From positions 91,846-155,845 of the forward strand of contig JAQBVF010000003.1 in the NCBI GenBank assembly GCA_027623675.1: DNA of 64,000 bases, in the 5' to 3' direction. The notes beneath the pieces are model-generated. The model was given only the letters and a program-made list of their open reading frames with translations, searched no databases and was not told the origin of the DNA. This document shows, piece after piece, positions 55,547 to 64,000 of the stretch (positions are counted from its first letter, which is position 1; each line of letters opens with the position of its first letter). This DNA comes from Chloroflexota bacterium. GTDB lineage: Bacteria; Chloroflexota; Dehalococcoidia; Lucifugimonadales; UBA3495. Made by a program: the position numbers and the translations under genes.

Positions 55547-56950
55547 TTAAGCGTACTGGTACTCGCGCAGCGAGACGATCAATTGCAGCAGCTCGGATAC
55601 GCGGGCAGTGGATTTTTCGATGTCGTCCGTGGAGGCCCAGGCGAAATCGCCGCCTTCAGCGACGAAACCGACCAACTCGACGTGGCTCTCCGGATTGACT
55701 TCCAAGGGACCCATCAGGTCGAGGGCGCCGTTGACCACGGCTTCGGGGGAGGTGTCGCCCTTGGCGATCAGCCGGTCGACCATGTTCCTGATACCGGGGT
55801 GGGAGACGTCGCCCACCAATTCGGCGGTGAAGTTAACGCGGCGCATCAGGGAGCCGCTGTTGATCCACTCGGCGCCGGTGTGCCAACCCTCGACGGAAGG
55901 CGGGTTGAGCAGGTCCTGGCCCATATAGTTGGGCTGGCGGGACAGGTCGCCGATGCCGGGTGCGGGGAACTCCGCTCCGCCGACCATCCGAAGGGTACCG
56001 ACCACCACCTCGGTGGGGTTCTTGAGACGCTCGAAGCGGGAGTTCTTGAAGAAGTCGGAGTTGAACAACACACGCAGGGCGGTGCGGATGTCGTAGCTGT
56101 TATTGATCAGGGTGTTGGCCAGCAGGTCAACCGCTTCGGGATCTCGGGGCGGGGTCACCGACCATGCGGGGACCTGGACCTCGTCGGCCACGAAGAAGCT
56201 GTAGAGGTGCCGGGCGATGAACCGGGCACAGGCCGGGTCGTCGGTGATGTACCGGATGATGTCTTCACCGTTGTGGTTGCCGGTGTGGCCCAGGAAGGTC
56301 TTCTCGCTGTCGTCGTGGTCTTCCTCGCGGTATTCGAAGAACCAGTCGTGCCGGCCGATGGGGCCACGGGGCAGCTTGGGCTCGATGGTCCAGCCGGTGA
56401 AGGCGCGGGAGCAGTCCCGGACGTCCTCTTCGGTGTAGTTGCCGACGCCCATGCTGAAGAGTTCCAGCAATTCACGGCCCCAGTTCTCGTTGACCGCGTC
56501 GGCGTGGTTGTCGTTGTTGTCCAGCCAGTAAATCATGGCTGGGTCTTTGGCCATCTCAAGGAGCAGTTCGCGGAAGTCGCCCATACCCTTGTGGCGGAAC
56601 TTGACGATCATGTCCATGACGTCGTCGTAGTGGTCGACCTTGGAAACGCCGGTGGCGAAGATGCCGTGCCAGAAAAGGGACATCTTCTCTTCCAAAGGCC
56701 GCTTGGTGTTCACCAGGTCGTGCAACCATTCGGCGGCGCCCATGCCAGGGAGGGTTCCCGGACGCCAGGTCCAGGGGTGGAACCGCATCATTTCGTTGCG
56801 GTCGAGTTCTACTTGGTCTTCGGGATTGAGAAGCTCCTCCACTGTGGCTTCGTAACCCTTGGCTACGCAAGCTTCAAGCTCGTCCCGGGTGGCGCCAAAT
56901 CCGGCGCGGCGCATGAGGTGGGCCATTAAGGCGATATCTTGGTCACTCAT
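55547..56950 (-). CDS. DUF1800 domain protein
   Basis: HLMRRAGFG, EKMSLFWH..FAT, DPAMIYWLDN, NENWGRELLELF and PPSVEGW. Confidence 0.9.
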   Translation of the reverse strand: MSDQDIALMAHLMRRAGFGATRDELEACVAKGYEATVEELLNPEDQVELDRNEMMRFHPWTWRPGTLPGMGAAEWLHDLVNTKRPLEEKMSLFWHGIFATGVSKVDHYDDVMDMIVKFRHKGMGDFRELLLEMAKDPAMIYWLDNNDNHADAVNENWGRELLELFSMGVGNYTEEDVRDCSRAFTGWTIEPKLPRGPIGRHDWFFEYREEDHDDSEKTFLGHTGNHNGEDIIRYITDDPACARFIARHLYSFFVADEVQVPAWSVTPPRDPEAVDLLANTLINNSYDIRTALRVLFNSDFFKNSRFERLKNPTEVVVGTLRMVGGAEFPAPGIGDLSRQPNYMGQDLLNPPSVEGWHTGAEWINSGSLMRRVNFTAELVGDVSHPGIRNMVDRLIAKGDTSPEAVVNGALDLMGPLEVNPESHVELVGFVAEGGDFAWASTDDIEKSTARVSELLQLIVSLREYQYA

Positions 56951-57059
56951 ATTGCTCCTCCCATTGGGTGTTGTACGTTAGTCCACCGGACATCTCGGTT
57001 TTTTCAGACCGGAAAAGGACACATTCAAGGCGCACCGCGCCCTGTGGCTCTAGTCTCGT

Positions 57060-57089
57060 ATCTTAGTGCGGCGCGGATTTGATTGTCAA
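57060..57089 (-). promoter_or_regulatory. Putative sigma70 promoter for the DUF1800-DUF1501 operon
   Basis: Minus strand TTGACA-18 bp-TAAGAT. Confidence 0.55.
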
Positions 57090-57319
57090 TAACTATCAAA
57101 TAATCGTTTGAAGGTTGCGCATGCCTTGTTTTGGCCCGTTTTCACGCCTATCCGCGCCCTGGGAAAGACCAACCGTTCCGCCATAAATCCCCTTGAGAAT
57201 GGGCCGCCGCCGGGTTAGACTTCGCGTTCACCGGCCAACTTAGCAGACAGCAGACCGATTTACCTCTACCACAAGAACGGGACCTTGAACCACGGGACTT
57301 TGAAACTGAGAGGCCAGAG

Positions 57320-58069
57320 ATGCGGTTAGAAGGAAAGGTTGCATTGATCACCGGGGCGGCCAACGGGCAGGGCGCCGCCGAAGCCAGATTGTTCGCCCAA
57401 GAGGGCGCCAAGGTTGTGCTGGCCGACGTGGCTGACGTGAAAGGCGCCGCGGTGGCCGCCGAGATCGCCGAGGCCGGAGGCGACGCGCTTTTCGTACACC
57501 TGGACGTTGCCAATGAGGACGACTGGGACGCGGCCATCCGGTCGGCGGTCGCCAGCTTTGGCAAGCTCGATATCCTGGTGAATAACGCCGGTATCTGGCG
57601 GCGGGGCCACGTCCTCGAAACGTCTTCCGACCAGTGGGACACGATCATGGACATCAACGCCAAAGGGGTGTTCCTGGGCACCAAGGCGGCGATCCCCGAG
57701 ATGCGGAAGGCGGGCGGCGGCTCCATCATCAATATCTCGTCCACCGCCGGCCTGGTCGGAAGCAAGACCAGCTCCGCCTACAGCGCATCCAAAGGCGCCG
57801 TGCGGCTGTTCAGCAAGTCGACGGCCATCCAGTACGCGTCAGAGGGAATCCGCGCCAACTCCATACACCCCGGACCCATCGACACCGACATGGGGGACCA
57901 GGTGTGGCCCGACGCCGACAGCCGGGAGAGGTCGATCTCCCGCACCGCCCTATCTCGGATAGGCACGGCCCAGGACATCGCGTACGGGGCCCTTTACCTG
58001 GCGTCCGACGAGTCGTCGTTCGTCACCGGCGCCGAACTGGTGATCGACGGCGGGGTGACGGCGCAATAG
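57320..58069 (+). CDS. Short-chain dehydrogenase/reductase (classical SDR)
   Basis: TGAANGQG, NNAG, YSASK, HPGPIDT and DGG. Confidence 0.95.
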   Translation: MRLEGKVALITGAANGQGAAEARLFAQEGAKVVLADVADVKGAAVAAEIAEAGGDALFVHLDVANEDDWDAAIRSAVASFGKLDILVNNAGIWRRGHVLETSSDQWDTIMDINAKGVFLGTKAAIPEMRKAGGGSIINISSTAGLVGSKTSSAYSASKGAVRLFSKSTAIQYASEGIRANSIHPGPIDTDMGDQVWPDADSRERSISRTALSRIGTAQDIAYGALYLASDESSFVTGAELVIDGGVTAQ

Positions 58070-58091
58070 AGCCGCACCGCGAGTTGCCGGT

Positions 58092-59459
58092 TTAACCCCG
58101 CAACAGGTCGGCCAGGGGGCCGACGGGGCCGATGTCTTCCACGTTGTCCAGCATCTTGAGGGCGGCGGCGGCGTTCGCATCGGACAGGGCCACGGCGGCG
58201 GTGTCCAGAAACTTGGCGCGGACGTCTTCGGCGGTGGCGCCGCGCAGTGAGCCTGTGGTGGCGCGGTCGGCCCGTTGGGTTAGCACCCGTCCGTCCTTCA
58301 GGTGGATCTCCACTTCGTTATAAGCCTCGGTCCAACTGGTCTGGCCCTCGTAGCCGGCGTGGCGTTTCATCTCGATCTTGGGAATAAGTTCCTGGGCTTC
58401 GGGGCGCATCACCTGTTCGTCGGTGAAGGTCGACATGCCCACCCGGCCATCCAAAAGCTCGGCGGCCAGGCAGTATTGCATGCTGAATTTGCCCTCCAAC
58501 CCCTCTTTGGGGCGGGAGTGAATCAGGGAGCGGGGCGGGTCGAAGTCCACCCGGACCTCGATGCGCTCGATGTTGGCTGCCGCCAGAGTCTCCTGTTGTT
58601 GCAGACTGGTGACGGCGTCTAGGGCGAGGTGGGCGCTGCCGCAGCAGGGGTACTTCTTGATCTCGATGCCCGACTCAATCATGAAACAGCGGCTGCCCAA
58701 TGCCGCGGCCGCCCGCTCCGGATCGTAGTTGTTGCCCCCGGAGAAAGCCCGCATGAACCCGAACCGTCCCTCAAGGGCGTCGGTGCCCGATGTGAAGCCG
58801 CCCTTCACCAACTTTGCGGCGGTGATGCCCGACTTGCAGGCGTGACCGGCGTGGAATGGCTTGGTCATGGTGCCGAAGTTCTGGCGCAGGCCCGATGACT
58901 GGGAGGCCCCCAGTGAGATGGCCATGGCGGTCTGCTCTTCATCGAGGCCCAACAGCCGGGACGCGGCGGCGGCGGCCCCGAGTGCCCCGAGGGGACCGGT
59001 GGGGTGCCAACCAAGGTCGTCGAAGTAGGCGGGGCTAATGGACTCGCCCACGGCGCAGGCCACTTCAAATCCCAACAGGTAGGCCAGCAGCATGTCACCG
59101 CCGGATGCGCCCGCTTCCTCGGCGACCGGCAGCGCGGCGGGGATGAGCACGGCGCTGGGATGGGTCTTGGTGATGAAGGTGATGTCGTCGTAATCCAGGG
59201 CGTGAGCCATGGCCCCGTTGATCAGGCCGGCCTCCGGAGCGCTGGTCTTGAAGCCGCGGCCGATGACGCTTGCGGTGGGATTGCCGCCGATGTCGCCGAT
59301 GTAGTTGACCAGGACGTCGGCCAAGGGCTCTTTGGACCCGGCCAAGGCGCAGCCCAGGCAGTCTATGATGGCCGATTTGCCCGCGGATATGGCTTCGGGA
59401 GGGAAATCCTCCAGGCCGGTATTTACCACGTATTGAGCGATCTTTTTCGTCAGTTCCAT
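58092..59459 (-). CDS. MmgE/PrpD family protein
   Basis: HALDYDD, THPS, GWHPT, TKPFHAG, KKYPCC and KFSMQY; start trimmed to MELTKK after GGGAG. Confidence 0.92.
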   Translation of the reverse strand: MELTKKIAQYVVNTGLEDFPPEAISAGKSAIIDCLGCALAGSKEPLADVLVNYIGDIGGNPTASVIGRGFKTSAPEAGLINGAMAHALDYDDITFITKTHPSAVLIPAALPVAEEAGASGGDMLLAYLLGFEVACAVGESISPAYFDDLGWHPTGPLGALGAAAAASRLLGLDEEQTAMAISLGASQSSGLRQNFGTMTKPFHAGHACKSGITAAKLVKGGFTSGTDALEGRFGFMRAFSGGNNYDPERAAAALGSRCFMIESGIEIKKYPCCGSAHLALDAVTSLQQQETLAAANIERIEVRVDFDPPRSLIHSRPKEGLEGKFSMQYCLAAELLDGRVGMSTFTDEQVMRPEAQELIPKIEMKRHAGYEGQTSWTEAYNEVEIHLKDGRVLTQRADRATTGSLRGATAEDVRAKFLDTAAVALSDANAAAALKMLDNVEDIGPVGPLADLLRG

Positions 59460-59574
59460 CTGGTTCTCCCGAGAGCCTGGGTAGAGATTTGGCGTAGTGT
59501 TCAGCATCAGTAAAACACTCCCAGCCCGCCCAATCAAGCGGCGCGGGCTGGCACTTAAGCGGCGGCAGGCATGG

Positions 59575-59688
59575 TTATACACCAGCGATCGGGGCCCGGT
59601 GGATAAGCCGCAAATCGGTTGATAAGTGCCGGAGAGCTTCGGGATAACCCGCCAGATCAGGTGAGGAATATCAACCAAGTGTTGATAA
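59575..59688. promoter_or_regulatory. Cluster of DnaA-box-like 9-mers
   Basis: TTATACACC 59575, GGTGGATAA 59598, GGTTGATAA 59617, TCGGGATAA 59639, ATATCAACC 59668 and TGTTGATAA 59680. Confidence 0.45.
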
Positions 59689-59827
59689 CATCGGGCCACT
59701 TGCCGCTCTATCGGCGGCGGGGTATCATTGGCCGACATCTGGGGCGCACTAATTGGGGCGCACGATCCGGGATTCAGCGATCACACCGATTTAAACTGAG
59801 AGACAAACCAAGATTTCGGGAGGGTAT

Positions 59828-60217
59828 ATGAGCACTTCGATCAGCGGACGAGAGGTGGCGCTTGTTAGCGGAACGGCTTCTCCGGACACGACCGCCCAGA
59901 CCCCTGGGATGGTCCGGAGGCCCGGCATCGACAGCAACACGGCCGGCGCCAAGAAGATCTGGCTGGGCCATGTGGAGTGCGTGCCCAACACGATGGGACC
60001 GCCCCACCATCACGGCGAGGCTGAGACCGCCGCCTACATACTAAAAGGGCATATCCGTGTCTATTACGGCGAGGACTACAAAGAATTCATTGAGGGCGGC
60101 CCCGGCGATTTCCTGTTCGTGCCGGCCAACTTCAACCACATCGAGGGAAACCCCTACGATGAGCCGGCCGAAGCGGTGCTCTCGCGCGGCCCCGACAACA
60201 TCGTCATAAACCTGTAA
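59828..60217 (+). CDS. Cupin domain protein
   Basis: PHHHGEAET..YILKG and GPGDFLFVP...HIE cupin motifs. Confidence 0.9.
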   Translation: MSTSISGREVALVSGTASPDTTAQTPGMVRRPGIDSNTAGAKKIWLGHVECVPNTMGPPHHHGEAETAAYILKGHIRVYYGEDYKEFIEGGPGDFLFVPANFNHIEGNPYDEPAEAVLSRGPDNIVINL

Positions 60218-60461
60218 GCCAGTTGGCACAACCAGATAGAGCGCGCCGACAACCGGCCCGGCCTAGATAAGCCGGGCCGGTCGCATTTTGGACCGATATA
60301 GGCCCTTGGCCCCGTTCTTCTCTCTCGATTCATCAACAAAGCTAGGTTTTGGTAACCGAACAGGCTGTATACTAGACGCGGCATTGCGACACGGCCGTTC
60401 CCCGAGAATCACCGGCGTTCACCCGGTCGTCCGCTGTTTAGGAACCTAGAGACCCCGCGAA

Positions 60462-61838
60462 TTGATCAAAGAAAAAATCACACAGAAAATAATGTCGCCC
60501 CGGAAAATGTTCTATGGCTGGTGGATCGCAATCATATCCGCCAGCGTGGACTCACTGAAGCACGGGACTTTCAACAAAGGTTTCACCTCGTACATCATCC
60601 CCCTGCGCAACGAATTGGGCATCGGCGTTGCCGCCATCTCATTCGCCGAGATGCTGGGCCGCATGGAAGGCGGGTTGCAGGGTCCGCTCATGGGCTGGGC
60701 TACTGACCGTTTCGGGCCACGCCTGATTTTAATGTTCGGCGGCATCACCTCCGGCCTGGGCTTCATCCTCCTCTCGTTCACCCAGAACTACCTGTATTTC
60801 ATCTTGGTCTTCGTGGGGTTGCTGTCTCTGGGATTCAGGGCGGGCTACAACAACGCCACCATGCCGGCCATCAACCAATGGTTCCGGCGGCACCGTGGTC
60901 TGGCGATGGGAATCGCGGGCATGGGCACGGCCATCGGCGGTACGGCCATCGCGCCCCTGATGGGATTCCTAGTGCTGAGCGCGGGTTGGCGCCCGGCGGC
61001 GTTCATCTCAGGCGTGATCATCTTGTCGGTGGTCATACCGTTATCGTTCCTCATCCGCCGCGACCCCGAGAGCATGGGGATGCGGCCCGACGGCGACCCG
61101 ATCCCCGATGATGAGATCAACACCGCCACGGTGGAAGAGAGCGCAGATCCCATTCGCCACCGGCACGGGGCCGCGATCCTTCATGCCGGGGAGCCGGATT
61201 TCATGGCCTTCGAGGCCATGAGGACCCCCACATACTGGATGCTGGTCCTGGCCGTTGGTATGCGGAACACCGTCCATTCCGGGACCACATTCCTAATGGT
61301 GCCGCTGGCGGTCTGGTTCCTGATGGGGTCGGGCCGCAGCGAGGACGCCTCCCAACCGATAGCGGTGGGGTTCATCGGCGTGATGTCCTTCAGTCTACTG
61401 CTGATGACGCCCATCGTTGGCTGGCTGGGCGACCGGTGGTCGAAAAATAAACTGAGCTCGGCCTGTATGATCGGTGGAGCGTTGTCTCTGCTGATGCTGG
61501 TGGAGGACAACGGAAACATCTGGCAATTGGTGGCTTTCGTGGTGCTGTTGGCCTTCTCTGAAACGGCCAACCCACTGGCCTGGGCGATCATGGGAGACTA
61601 TTTTGGGCGGCGGAGTTACGCCACCCTTCGAGGCTGGCAACACCTGCCGGACCAGTTGATGTCCATGAGCACACCGGTGTGGATGGGGCTGATATTCGAA
61701 CACACCGGCAGCTACCGGTGGGCGCTGATACCGTTGGTCCTCATCTACTGTCTGGCGGCCGTATTCTACTGGGTGATACCCGCCCCAAAGACACCGGCCC
61801 GGGTGCTGGCCTACCGGAAACAGGCTGAAAAGCCCTAG
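60462..61838 (+). CDS. MFS transporter
   Basis: FYGWWI, GWATDRFGPR, WFRRHRGLA and GWLGDRW; start may be the ATG at 60492. Confidence 0.92.
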   Translation: MIKEKITQKIMSPRKMFYGWWIAIISASVDSLKHGTFNKGFTSYIIPLRNELGIGVAAISFAEMLGRMEGGLQGPLMGWATDRFGPRLILMFGGITSGLGFILLSFTQNYLYFILVFVGLLSLGFRAGYNNATMPAINQWFRRHRGLAMGIAGMGTAIGGTAIAPLMGFLVLSAGWRPAAFISGVIILSVVIPLSFLIRRDPESMGMRPDGDPIPDDEINTATVEESADPIRHRHGAAILHAGEPDFMAFEAMRTPTYWMLVLAVGMRNTVHSGTTFLMVPLAVWFLMGSGRSEDASQPIAVGFIGVMSFSLLLMTPIVGWLGDRWSKNKLSSACMIGGALSLLMLVEDNGNIWQLVAFVVLLAFSETANPLAWAIMGDYFGRRSYATLRGWQHLPDQLMSMSTPVWMGLIFEHTGSYRWALIPLVLIYCLAAVFYWVIPAPKTPARVLAYRKQAEKP

Positions 61839-63019
61839 CCCGCCGGCCCAGTCATCGCCGCGGCGAATCCCTGGACGGCCCCCTCTAGGACCCAGTCCTC
61901 AACGCAGTACGATATTCGGAAGTACCCTGGCGTGCCGAAACCCCGGCCCGGCACGACCAGAACGTTGCTGTTTAGCAGCGTGCGGCAGAAAGCCACGTCG
62001 TCTTCGATGGGAGCTTTGGGGTACAGGTAGAACGCTCCCCGGGGCCGCACAACCTCGTAGCCCAATTCCCCCAGGTTCTGGCAGAGGTAGTCTCGCTTTT
62101 TCTGGTAGTACCCTGCGTCCACGCTGACGCCTTGAAGATTGCGGACGATGTGCTGCATCAGCGCCGGGGCGTTCACGAAGCCCAGAGTGCGATTGCAGAA
62201 GGCCAGCCCGGCGGAAAGTTCCTCTTTGCCGGCGTAGTTGGGGTTCACGGCGATGTAGCCGATGCGCTCACCGGGCAGGGCCAGGTCCTTGGCGTGGGAG
62301 GTGACCACCACGCTGTTGTCGTAGTGGGGCAGCACCTGCGGGAAGCTCATGCCGTCGAAGATGATGCGCCGGTACGGCTCGTCGCTGATCAGGAATATCT
62401 CGGCGCCGTATTCGGTCTGTTTGCGCTGGAGCAAAGCGGCGAGTCCGCTTAGGCTTTCCTCTGAGTAGACGGCGCCGGAAGGATTGTTGGGCGAGTTGAC
62501 CATGATGGCCCGGGTCTTGGGCGTGATGGCGGCTTCGATGGCGGCCAGGTCGGGCTGGAACAGGTCGTCGCAGGCGGCAACCACCGGCACCCCGCCGTGG
62601 TTGTCGATGTAGTAGAGGTATTCCCAGAAGTAGGGCGACAGGATAATCACCTCGTCGCCTTCGTTGAGGATCGTTTTCAGCACCACGTTGGCGGCGGCGG
62701 CGGCCCCGCAGGTCATGATCACATCGGCCCCGGAGAAGTCCAGGCCGGTCTCGTTCTTCAGGCCGTCGGCCACGGCCTGGCGGGTCTCCATGTAGCCGGG
62801 GTTGGCCATGTAGCGGTGCATGCCGGCGATGGGGGAGTTGGCCAGGCGTTTCAGCTCATCGTGGAACTCTTGGGGCGGCTCCATCACCGGGTTGCCCAAA
62901 GACAGGTCAAAGACCTTGTCGGCCCCGATCTGGGCCTTCAGCGCCATCCCCTCTTCAAAGACGCGGCGGATCCACCCGCCTTCGTCCATGAACCGCCGGA
63001 CCTTCTGCGACACCGCCAT
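61835..63019 (-). CDS. Pyridoxal phosphate-dependent aminotransferase (aspartate aminotransferase-like)
   Basis: FDLSLGNP, NSPNNPSG, ISDEPY and SHAKDLALPGERIG; start trimmed to MAVSQK after GGAGG. Confidence 0.92.
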   Translation of the reverse strand: MAVSQKVRRFMDEGGWIRRVFEEGMALKAQIGADKVFDLSLGNPVMEPPQEFHDELKRLANSPIAGMHRYMANPGYMETRQAVADGLKNETGLDFSGADVIMTCGAAAAANVVLKTILNEGDEVIILSPYFWEYLYYIDNHGGVPVVAACDDLFQPDLAAIEAAITPKTRAIMVNSPNNPSGAVYSEESLSGLAALLQRKQTEYGAEIFLISDEPYRRIIFDGMSFPQVLPHYDNSVVVTSHAKDLALPGERIGYIAVNPNYAGKEELSAGLAFCNRTLGFVNAPALMQHIVRNLQGVSVDAGYYQKKRDYLCQNLGELGYEVVRPRGAFYLYPKAPIEDDVAFCRTLLNSNVLVVPGRGFGTPGYFRISYCVEDWVLEGAVQGFAAAMTGPAG

Positions 63020-63200
63020 GCCAGTTCCTCCGCTAGATATCTTCGGGAATACATACAGGTTGGCCGCCATTGGTGAATACCCAAAGCAGCCCGTGATTCA
63101 AAGCCAGGCGAGTGTAGCAACGGGGGTAATAGGTGTCAAAGGCGGGTACTCGTCTTCCTAACGTTGCCCCGCACTGTGGATACGGTTGTGCTACTGCGGC

Positions 63201-63866
63201 CTATCCGCCATCCATCCGCCAGCCGAACTCGCGGCCGAAGTGGCGGACCAGGCCGCCGCGCACCAACTCCGTGTCCACCGGCCGGCCCAGGATCTGCGCC
63301 ATTGAGGTCACGGGGCGGTCTGAGATGCCGCAGGGGATGATGTTCCGGTAGTAGGCGAGGTCGGTGTTCACGTTCAGGGACAATCCGTGGAATGCGACGC
63401 CGCGGCTGATCTTCACGCCGATGGCTGCAATCTTGCCCTGGCTGGTCCAGACCCCGGTGTTGCCCGCCTCGCAGTTGGCGGTGATACCCATGTCCGCCAG
63501 GGCCGCGATGACCACCTGCTCAAGCGTGCGTACGTACTTGACCGGCCCGCCCCAGTCCTTAAGGTTCACTATCGGGTAGACGACCAACTGGCCCGGTCCG
63601 TGGTAGGTTACCTGGCCGCCCCGGTCAGTCTCATACACCGGGATACCCTTTGCCGCCAGTTCATCCTCCGGCAGCAGAACGTCCGACTCCTTGCTCAGGC
63701 GGCCCTTGGTGTAAACGTGGGGGTGCTCCAGCATGAGCAGCGTGTTGGGTTCCTGGCCGGAGTGGACCTTTTCCACCAACTCCAGTTGCAGGCTGCGAGC
63801 CTTGAGGTAGTCGATCTCACCGAGCCAGGTGGCGCGGCAGATTTTTGGGGAAGACACGGTGTTCAA
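63201..63866 (-). CDS. lipB: Lipoyl(octanoyl) transferase
   Basis: EHPHVYT.G, RGGQVTYHGPGQLVVYP, KIAAIG, HG..LN and IIPCG. Confidence 0.96.
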   Translation of the reverse strand: MNTVSSPKICRATWLGEIDYLKARSLQLELVEKVHSGQEPNTLLMLEHPHVYTKGRLSKESDVLLPEDELAAKGIPVYETDRGGQVTYHGPGQLVVYPIVNLKDWGGPVKYVRTLEQVVIAALADMGITANCEAGNTGVWTSQGKIAAIGVKISRGVAFHGLSLNVNTDLAYYRNIIPCGISDRPVTSMAQILGRPVDTELVRGGLVRHFGREFGWRMDGG

Positions 63867-64000
63867 TAACTTCCTATAGCTAGTCCGCGCTGCCGGTTGT
63901 TCGGCGTTACTACGGGAGGAAAAGCCGGCGGCTATGCCCTTCGACGGGGCTCAGCAACTGTCTTGGATGTCAAGGCGTTTGAAGGCTTGGCTGCCAATCT

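Noticed and set aside
57277..57306. Short direct repeats upstream of the SDR gene (similar ones at about 49963-50003)
   Set aside because: Only 2-3 degenerate 14-15-mers; could arise by slippage, with no functional evidence.
63935..63956. CCCTTCGACGGGGCTCAG, a half-site resembling another REP family
   Set aside because: Single degenerate copy at the window edge; insufficient support.

Overview
GC-rich bacterial chromosomal DNA, densely coding (about 55 CDS), with no rRNA, tRNA, CRISPR array, prophage or transposase recognised. The gene mix (luciferase-like monooxygenases, paralogous cytoplasmic NHL beta-propellers, a DUF1800/DUF1501 pair, an orphan xanthine-dehydrogenase-family Mo subunit, comDE, and stand-alone rpoBC with large insertions) suggests Chloroflexota/Dehalococcoidia, probably SAR202 (inference). 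Housekeeping genes: rpoB, rpoC, pyrD, secA, trpA, aroH, aroF, lipB, otsA, hppA. Accessory blocks: a csoR-DUF1330-copA-YHS copper operon and a sulfur/molybdenum cluster. Main findings: (1) an AhpD/carboxymuconolactone-decarboxylase-family gene that the ORF track splits in two but which reads through an in-frame TGA in a C-x-x-U motif, followed by a SECIS-like hairpin, so it is a probable selenoprotein in an MFS-cyclic amidohydrolase-AhpD(Sec)-VOC cluster; (2) four copies of a 230-335 bp composite REP/MITE-like element, always between convergent genes, whose terminal stems vary in sequence but stay complementary; (3) six DnaA-box-like 9-mers clustered at about 59.6 kb; (4) tandem hemerythrin-like genes behind an AT-rich promoter with a Fur-box-like site.
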